Under the pieces are notes generated by a model. That model was not told where the DNA came from and searched no databases. It saw only the letters and a program-made list of their open reading frames with translations. Positions 56,412 to 64,000 of a DNA stretch of 64,000 nt are shown here, piece after piece. A program made the position numbers and the translations under genes. Source of the DNA: Selaginella moellendorffii (lineage: Eukaryota; Plantae; Lycopodiophyta); contig NW_003314278.1 in NCBI RefSeq assembly GCF_000143415.4, forward strand, positions 1,386,673 to 1,450,672, written 5' to 3'. Within the stretch, counting starts at the first letter, position 1, and each line of letters starts with the position of its first letter.

Positions 56412-58516
56412 TCAAGCAAATAGAAAGGGAAAGGGGCAGCAGACTAGCAAGCTTAGAAGTAGAGCTGAAACACCAGCAACTATATGCTTTGAGCTTGGAG
56501 GCGTTACCTCATCCGCGAGGGGAGCAATAGGCCCGCGTTGGAGAAAAACAACCAGGACGACCCAGTAGAGCGCAACGTCGCTGAAAATTCCAGTTAAGCC
56601 AAGTAGAGCAATTGAGACACCAGTGAATCGAGACCACCCCTGAAAAAGAAAAGAAAAGATACAAAAACAAGCTTTGAGTACGTAGCACTCAACTATAGAA
56701 GTTTACCTTCCTCCCCCAGAGTGCTTGAGCGATTCGTCCACCGTCAATCTCACCAATTGGAATGCAGTTGATTGCGTTTATCAGCAAGCCAGACCACGCT
56801 GAGAGGATCACTGGATTAATGGATATGGTGGAACCCTCCTTGAGAGCATCGCCAAGTAAGAGCTTCGCTGCATGCACAAGTCACAGTCGTTAGTCCATCA
56901 CAACATAATATCAAAAGCCGATCTACCAATTCCTCCGACAAGAAGGGAGTCGTGGAAGATTGATGAACTGACAAGAAGCCCGTCTCCTTTTTCGGGTGTC
57001 AACAAGAGCCCCACAACAATGATTGCCAGCGCGAGAACCGCGCCAGTGAGAGGACCCGACGCAGCAATTTCCGCGAGCTCTGATCTGTTTTTCAGCACGC
57101 TTGTCACTCTGGTGATTCCACCAAATGACCCCAGCTGCAAATGAAAGCGAACAATAGATCACAGAAAAAGTTCTCGAGTCCATCCATACCTGCCAGCTCG
57201 GAATGAAGTACGGCAACCCGATGCTTGCTCCATTTCTCTTGGCAGCAACGTAGTGGCCCGCTTCGTGCGCAAGGAGAACTGATAGAGTGACTAGCGCTCT
57301 CGGCACAGCATCCAATACCTGTTCGAAAGTAAAACTTCCTGTCCTGCAATGTTTTTTCACACCACAGTATCAGTTTCAAGAAGTAGAGAAAATGTGAGAG
57401 CGAAAAAAAGGACAGGATAAAAAAGAAATCGAGGAGTTACAAGAGGCTCAGCTGCAGGGCAGGGGAGTTTCGAAGAAAAATGGTGACAAGTGAGACGAGC
57501 CCAAAGGCGCTAACTGTAAACCAGTCGGGTATAGCTGTGGAACCAAGCAAGCTTCTTAAGAATCGACACGAATTACCAACCGAGACCATTACCTCCTGGC
57601 TCAGTTTGCAAGGAGGTGTTTCTGACTATGGCCGCGAGAGGCTTGTCTCCCTCTGGATCGGAGATGAAGAAAAGCTGGTACTCGTCTCCAAACTTTTCCT
57701 GGATGTTGGCAATCGTAAAAGCTTTTTTTTTGCGGAACACAAGCGATATCACGTACCTGTAGTCTGCTGCTTAGCTTGGCATGGCTTGCCGCAGGCTCCC
57801 CACGCATGTTTCCACGGAAGATAACTCCCGCCTGCATTGCAATGTCCTGAGCTCGAACAGCAAACTAAACTCTAGCTTGTTACCTCATAGTACTCCTGGC
57901 TCGTAGCAAAGAACGTATCAAAGCCGAAAATCTGGTTACGAATGGTTTCCAGGACCTCCTTCGGGATTTTGATGCTTTCGAGCGGCGCCTTTCAAGAACA
58001 AAACCGTCGTAGTTAGAAGGAAACTCTTTGGTGCCAAAGTTACCTTGACTCCTGGAAGAGGAGACCCACTGATCACTTTAGAAGGCTCCTGTGAGCTAAA
58101 GACGAGAATTAAAACAAAAGGAACCAAGCAAAGAACGCGAGGAACGTACCGATACTTCAGCGGGAGGATCACTTCCTCCAGTCTCCACTCCCTAAGAAAA
58201 AAAAAAAAAAAAAAACGAAAGAACAGTCGCTTGTCAAGTGCTAGAACATTTCGATCTTAAATTCCAATGCCTTGTCCTCTTTGCTGCTCTCTTCCTTGTC
58301 GTCGGGCGACGCACGACAAGGTGCAATCAGGGGCCGAGGAGAGGGCCTCCATTTTCTAGAGACAAGAGATCAATCACCGAAAAGAGAACTCGATCGATCG
58401 AGACGCTACCTTGCGACAGCGCAACGCCTTCGAATCCTCAAATCGATGCCGCCGTATGATCGATGCCGAGGGAACAATGGAGGGCGCCATAGCCAGCTAG
58501 CAATCGCAGCCGCCAT
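56412..58516 (-). CDS. EGY2: Chloroplast site-2 (M50) zinc metalloprotease EGY2, multi-exon
   Basis: 'IFGFDTFFATSQEYYE', 'GVIFRGNMRGEP', 'LLAHEAGH', 'PYFIPSWQLGSFGGIT', 'LLINAINCIPIGEIDGGRIAQALWGRK', 'FLQRGPIAP', C-terminus 'PFPFLFA*'. Start chosen at MAAAIASW (58516). Confidence 0.9.
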
Positions 58517-58600
58517 ACCCAAAACCACGTCATGACACACGTAGGATCAAGCTAGCTCCACGCTGGCGTTTACTTTAGATTAAGTGGAGGATTTGCGTAA

Positions 58601-58649
58601 GCCGGCCTAGCTCAGTTGGTAGAGCGCAAGGCTCTTCCCACGGCCGGCG
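58601..58649 (+). pseudogene. Internally deleted tRNA-Lys(CUU)
   Basis: GCCGGCC TAGCTCAGTTGGTAGAGC GCAAGGCTCTT joined directly to CCCAC GGCCGGC G. Acceptor stem and D arm are intact; about 24 nt (3' anticodon arm, variable loop, B box) are missing. Confidence 0.85.
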
Positions 58650-58720
58650 CAAAATCGCAATTTTACCTTTAACCTTTAATGTTAACATTCCATCGATGAA
58701 TTCATGGATGAAGATCGTTC

Positions 58721-59965
58721 ATGGCTGATTTTTTCCGGAGCCCAGAGTTTAGGCGGTGCTCGCAGCTCATCCGTTCGTGCCGAAGCCTGGCCGACGCGAG
58801 GAGACTCCACGAACAGGTAACCGGAGGGATCCAGCAGCGCTGCAAGAGCAGATTTCTTGCAAATCTCATCGTCGAGATGTATGGGCGATGCGGCAGCGCT
58901 GGCGACGCGCGGAGTGTCTACGATTCCATCGAGAAGCCAAACTTGTTCTCGACTCACATCATGATCCACGCGTATGCCCAGAACGGGCATATGGATCTCG
59001 CCCGCCACCTCTTCCTCCAAATGCCCGCCCGGAACGATGTCTCGTGGAACACCATCGTCGCCGCAAGCGTTATCAACGGGCTTCTCTCGGAAGCGCGAAC
59101 TATCCTGGACAAGATGCCCGAGCTCGGCCATGTTCCGTGCACTGCGGTGATGCGAGGTTTCGCCCAGGCGCTGGAGCTCGACCGAGCGATGGAAATCTTC
59201 CACCAGATGCTGCACCGCGACTTGGTGTCCTGGACGGTGCTGCTCGATGGCTACACCCAGACCGGGAATGTCAAGAAAGCCGTGGAGATCTTCGAGAGAA
59301 TGCCCGAGAGAGATAGCATCTGCTGGACAGTCCTGTGCCAGGCCTATGCCGTCCTCGGCGATCTCATCCACGCCGAGGAACTCTTCCACCAAATACCCGA
59401 GAAGACACTGGTGTCCTGGACTGCGATCATCTACGCTTATGCCCAGAATGGGCATCCGATGGAAGCTCTAGAGCTCTTCTGGGGCATGGATCTCGAGGGT
59501 GTGGAACCCGACGAGATTACTTTCATTGGAGTCCTCACCGCTTGCAGCCATGCCGGGCGCGTAGAGCAAGCATGGGACTACTTCAACTCGTTGCCTGATG
59601 ATCGCGGCCTTGCGCAGCTACCGGAGCACTACCACTGTGTGATCGACGCGCTGGGACGATCCGGACAGCTTAGCGAGGCCCAAAAGTTTGTGAGGGAGCT
59701 CCCGCGCAAGGAACTGGCCGTGGCGTGGACATCGCTGCTGGATGCCTGCAGGGTCCATGGCGATGTGGAGCGAGGGGCCGTGGCCGCCAAGCAGCTCATC
59801 GACATGGAACAGGATCCCGAGGCCCGGAAAACAGCGCCTTATCTTTTGCTGTCCAACATCTATGCTGCTGCTCAGAGGCCTGAGGATGTGATCCGGATCC
59901 GGCAAGCCATGAAGGCTGATTGTCTGAGGAGCAATAGAACTGGGCTTAGTCGATTGGAACATTGA
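58721..59965 (+). CDS. PLS-E class PPR protein (414 aa)
   Basis: 'ANLIVEMYGRCGS', short motifs, 'TFIGVLTACSHAG...EHYHCVIDALGRSG', E1 'AWTSLLDACRVHGDVERG', E2 'APYLLLSNIYAAA'; no DYW. Confidence 0.92.
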   Translation: MADFFRSPEFRRCSQLIRSCRSLADARRLHEQVTGGIQQRCKSRFLANLIVEMYGRCGSAGDARSVYDSIEKPNLFSTHIMIHAYAQNGHMDLARHLFLQMPARNDVSWNTIVAASVINGLLSEARTILDKMPELGHVPCTAVMRGFAQALELDRAMEIFHQMLHRDLVSWTVLLDGYTQTGNVKKAVEIFERMPERDSICWTVLCQAYAVLGDLIHAEELFHQIPEKTLVSWTAIIYAYAQNGHPMEALELFWGMDLEGVEPDEITFIGVLTACSHAGRVEQAWDYFNSLPDDRGLAQLPEHYHCVIDALGRSGQLSEAQKFVRELPRKELAVAWTSLLDACRVHGDVERGAVAAKQLIDMEQDPEARKTAPYLLLSNIYAAAQRPEDVIRIRQAMKADCLRSNRTGLSRLEH

Positions 59966-60751
59966 AGATTTACATATTCTTGGCTAGATGCCATGTCTTG
60001 AAGCTGTTATTGGACAAGCTTATGACCAGGAAAGCAGAAGGAAGATTTTAAAGCGAACTTTTGATTTTTTTTAAAAAAAAGTTTAACCTTTAAATTCTTC
60101 TATTAGATGCCTAAATTAGCTATTTATAGTCAAGGGTAAAAGTCTTTATATTAGATCTATTCTTATCAAAATAGTGTCACCCTAACTTCACAAAATATTC
60201 TAGAATATTTTAGAAGCATATTAATTTATATTAATATATATTTTGTATTAATTGTTTATTTAAATAAAAACTAAAATTATAAAATATTTTATAATATTTT
60301 AAGATATAATATTGAGGTTTAATATTAAAAAACTTAATTAAAGTGTGCTCATGTTTATACCATCCTTGAAATGATCATAGTTTCCAATCATACCATCCTA
60401 TAATTTCATATTTTGCAAAACCTTCAAATACTATAATTTCATAATCTTCCCAATTAATTGTAAAATTTATATCTTCTAATAAGATTTGGATTATTTATAA
60501 GTTTAAATTTGTTAGAAGACATAAAAATAAATATATTAAGATCTCCACCATGTTTAAATCTAAAATACATTTCATAAGTACATCATATTAATCAGAATTA
60601 CAATTAAATTTTAGATTATAACAATAATATAAATAAATTAGTACAAGAGAAATTACAAGAGAAAATTTCTTATAAAACATTTTAGAATATTACAAATTTT
60701 AATGTAAAAATTAATCACTACATCTATCATAGTGTAATTGAAAGCTTATAT

Positions 60752-60807
60752 TGTGAGGTTCAATATGCACATTTTTGTATTCTATTTTCAAATTCCATGC
60801 ACTCACA
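60752..60807 (+). mobile_element. Internally deleted solo-LTR-like remnant related to LTR 31459-31635
   Basis: TGTGAGG...ATATGCACATTTTTGTATTC...TTCCAT..ACTCACA matches both ends of the 31.5-kb LTR; flanked by ATAT on both sides. Confidence 0.5.
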
Positions 60808-61292
60808 ATATTAAATTTATAAAATCTTATAGCTATCTTATTTTATATCTACATAAATGGAGGTAATAAAAGCTCTTCAACCCTTTATTGGAGCTAATTT
60901 ATTACAAAATTTTCTTTTTCCAACTATCATATACAAAAGTCTAATAAAACAGTCAATCATAAAAATGGCTAACAAAACATTGGCAATATAAAAAAACAAT
61001 TTTCTAATATATTAACTTTATAAGAAAAATTTAGCCATCATTAATTTTTTCTTACCCTACCACACTTTAATGTAAAAGCAAGGTGGATTAATGAGGGCTT
61101 TCAAATGGTATGACTCCCAACACCATCAAAGCTGCCTCAGGGCTTTTACAGATACTTGTTTTCAACCAATTAACTTTTCATGTTCCTAACCACTTCACAT
61201 GTTCTAATCAAGTGTCCTTTGTTATTTTGGCTTGATGTTAATGAAAAGATGCTTCCATTGTGCAAAGTTTTAAGAGGGAGACTAGAATGACT

Positions 61293-61672
61293 TCATGGCT
61301 GATTGCCCAGAGTTTAGGTGTGCTCACAGCTCATCTGGTTGTGTTAGAGCTTGGTCACAATTCCATTGAGAAACCAAACTTGTTCTCGACTCACATGTGA
61401 TCCACACGTATGTCCAGACTGGGCATATGGATCTTGCATGCTACCTCTTCCTCCAAATGCCCAGCCAGAATGATGTCTCATGGAATACTATTACCACCAC
61501 AAGCATTACACAATATATCTTGGACAAGATGCATGAGGGTCCCATGCACTGCGGTGATGCAAGGTTTGCCCAGGCATTGGAGCTTGACCAAGTGATGGAA
61601 ATCTTCCACCAGATGCCACACTAAGACTTCTCAATGGGCTACACCCAATCCAAATGTCAAGAAAGCCATCTA
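61293..61672 (+). pseudogene. Degenerate partial duplicate of PPR 58721-59965
   Basis: TTCATGGCTGATT...CCCAGAGTTTAGG and 'MIHTYVQTGHMDLACYLFLQMPSQNDVSWNTI' match the 58721 gene, with deletions and many C-to-T/G-to-A changes. Confidence 0.88.
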
Positions 61673-62244
61673 AGAGTGGCAGAGGTGTTGTAATTTTGGG
61701 TAAGCATTCCTTGCTCCACCTTATGTTCCAATTGCCTCTTTTGTAGCAGATGCTATAGCCATACCACAAGCAATTATAGGTTGTTTATTGCTACTCAAAC
61801 TATAAATCCATACATTCTGAAACACTATCTTGTTTTAGATTTCTTAATGTCTTTATTAGCCTTGGGAGAATATTAATACTAGCTTCCTAAATGGCTTATT
61901 TTATATTTCTTTAGGTAACTCCTGAGGCCTCATGTCACCACATAAGATGTATTGACTAGTGTATGAGTTGTGTATTTCAAGCTTGCATCAAAGTACTCAT
62001 CACAATTTCCTTCTTAAAATATTTATCTGTAAACAAGGATATCAACTATGAATGCTGTGTATGTGGATGATTTCATCATTGGAGCAAAAGGAAAGTTTTC
62101 AAAAGAAGTTAAATCAGTTTAAAATGACAGTAGGATACATGAAAATGAAAATAAAATTACATTTAAAAATGTTTAATTACATTACATTTTTGGGGTTTAA
62201 TTTACTTCTATTTCAAAAGAGCTCAACTATGTTAAAAGTGCTCT

Positions 62245-62247
<3 letters not shown>

Positions 62248-62282
<35 letters not shown>

Positions 62283-62296
62283 CACAGACATGTGTA

Positions 62297-62364
<68 letters not shown>

Positions 62365-62436
62365 CATATATACATATATATATATATACATACACATATG
62401 TATATACATATACACATGTATATACATATACACATG

Positions 62437-62520
<84 letters not shown>

Positions 62521-62534
62521 TATAATGTGTGTGT
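62248..62534. repeat. Compound (CA)n/(TA)n microsatellite
   Basis: Directly visible dinucleotide tract. Confidence 0.97.
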
Positions 62535-64000
62535 ATTTAAATAAAACATAATTTATAAAAATTTAAAAGTAAATATAAAAATATAATGCTAATAGAATCT
62601 ATTAGCAAATAAATTTAAACTGTAAAAGTTTAATTTTTAATAGAATAATATAAAAATAAATAAAAAGATAATTTTACTATTTAAAAGAGTGAGAATCTGT
62701 AAAGATACTATGCCACCACAAGCATTTAAAAGTTTAAATGATCAAATGATGTTACAAAATAAGAAATTTTACTAATTAATTTATTAAAGTATATATACTT
62801 AATGTTTTACTATTTTTAACATATATAAATAATTATAAAGACTTTATTTTATTGCTAGCAAAAAGTTCATCTGGCCAGGTGTTGTTTCAAAGAAACTCTC
62901 AACATTCAATCAAATCAAAGTAATATAGCCATATATAAAATATTCATATACAAATTAAAATATATTATTTAATAAATTTTTTAATATTGTAATTATAATA
63001 TGAATTAGATATTTTGTAACATAAGAAATGCTTAAGTAATAAAAGTTTTGTAGGAGTACTATGACAAAATATAATTTTTTTATTGATAATTTTTCTGAAT
63101 ATATGGTTTGTTAGAGCAAATGCTAAAACATTGATTCAGATATTTATGGCAGATAAATATATATTTCTTTTTTAAATTATTTTTTCTAAAGTAAAATTTA
63201 CTTTTAATTTTTAATATTTATGTGTTAATTTTTAGTTATATACTATTAGATTATAAAATTTACAATTTATGCTATAATTCAAAATAAATATAAAAATACG
63301 TTCCAAGGCTTATTTTTACCGATCAAAAATAGTTTTGTACTACTCCGAGCAATCCGAAGAAAAAGATCAATAGTAAAAGATAATTATTTTGCATATCCAT
63401 CTTTATTAAATGCCACTTTTATTTATAACATTAATGAATATTATACATAACTTAGAAATAATGTTAAATTATATATATATTAAAAAATATATTATGGTGC
63501 CTGAGGGTGGATTCCTTTGAGGTTGCAACTCACTCCTTTGATGGAACGGTCAATTTGTGGGAGTTTAATGATAATACACATGACTATGTTATAAATAAAT
63601 TTCAAGCTAGATTGCAATATTTAATTATTGAGATTAATTAAATTTTATTTATTTGTATTGTTGAAAAAGTAATTACTTTAAGAATAGAAAATAATCTTAC
63701 TCTACATCTAAATTTATGCATACCAAAACTTTATTAGTAAACATTAATGCAAAAAGTACATATGAATTGTACATTAGGCTTAGATTAATTAAATGTAATG
63801 ATAATAGTAAAGAAATATCGATATTCCAACAAATATTTTGCATTTTCCAAAAATTTAATATATTTATGTAATTTAATATATATGATCATTTTAAGTTTAC
63901 TAAGTTATATTAAGTTATTACTAAATTATACTAAGTTTAGTTTTAATGTATTTACATTTTTGTTAATTTTTATAAAGGTATTCTGAGATTATATAATATA

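Noticed and set aside
58682-59455. 257-aa minus-strand ORF
   Set aside because: Antisense to the GC-rich PPR gene 58721-59965, with no independent motifs.
62052-62549. ORFs rich in YI/HT repeats
   Set aside because: Translations of the (TA)n/(CA)n microsatellite, not genes.

Overview
Plant nuclear genomic DNA. The very short (about 50-90 bp) GT-AG introns, abundant intronless PLS/SS-type PPR genes and a DYW:WW-type editing factor suggest a lycophyte such as Selaginella; this is inference. The first 23 kb is mostly decayed: intron-containing pseudogene fragments (RRP5, GH29 alpha-fucosidase, SEC16, PPR), three degenerate Ty3/gypsy elements, a complete 931-bp TRIM with a target-site duplication, and a TIR-bounded PIF/Harbinger element. 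At 23.3-26.4 kb (minus strand) is the most unusual gene: a PLS-PPR protein built from near-identical 333-bp repeats, ending in an intact DYW:WW deaminase, with an N-terminal OSB-type PDF motif (known as an ssDNA-binding motif) and no evident transit peptide. The 27-33 kb region holds a duplicated promoter, LINE, gypsy and TRIM remnants and a MITE. The 34-41 kb region has three copies of a small hydrophobic Cys-containing protein interleaved with PPR genes, two of which overlap at an ATGA stop/start. The 45-60 kb region is gene-dense: PPR, MPH2/TL16.5, intron-containing tRNA-Tyr, a zinc-finger protein, TL17, laccase, EGY2, an internally deleted tRNA-Lys and a PPR-E gene. It includes a laccase-EGY2 tandem duplication with reciprocal pseudogenisation, with a decayed Crinkler/REase-like gene between the copies. 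All family calls come from recognising motifs by eye; no searches were run.
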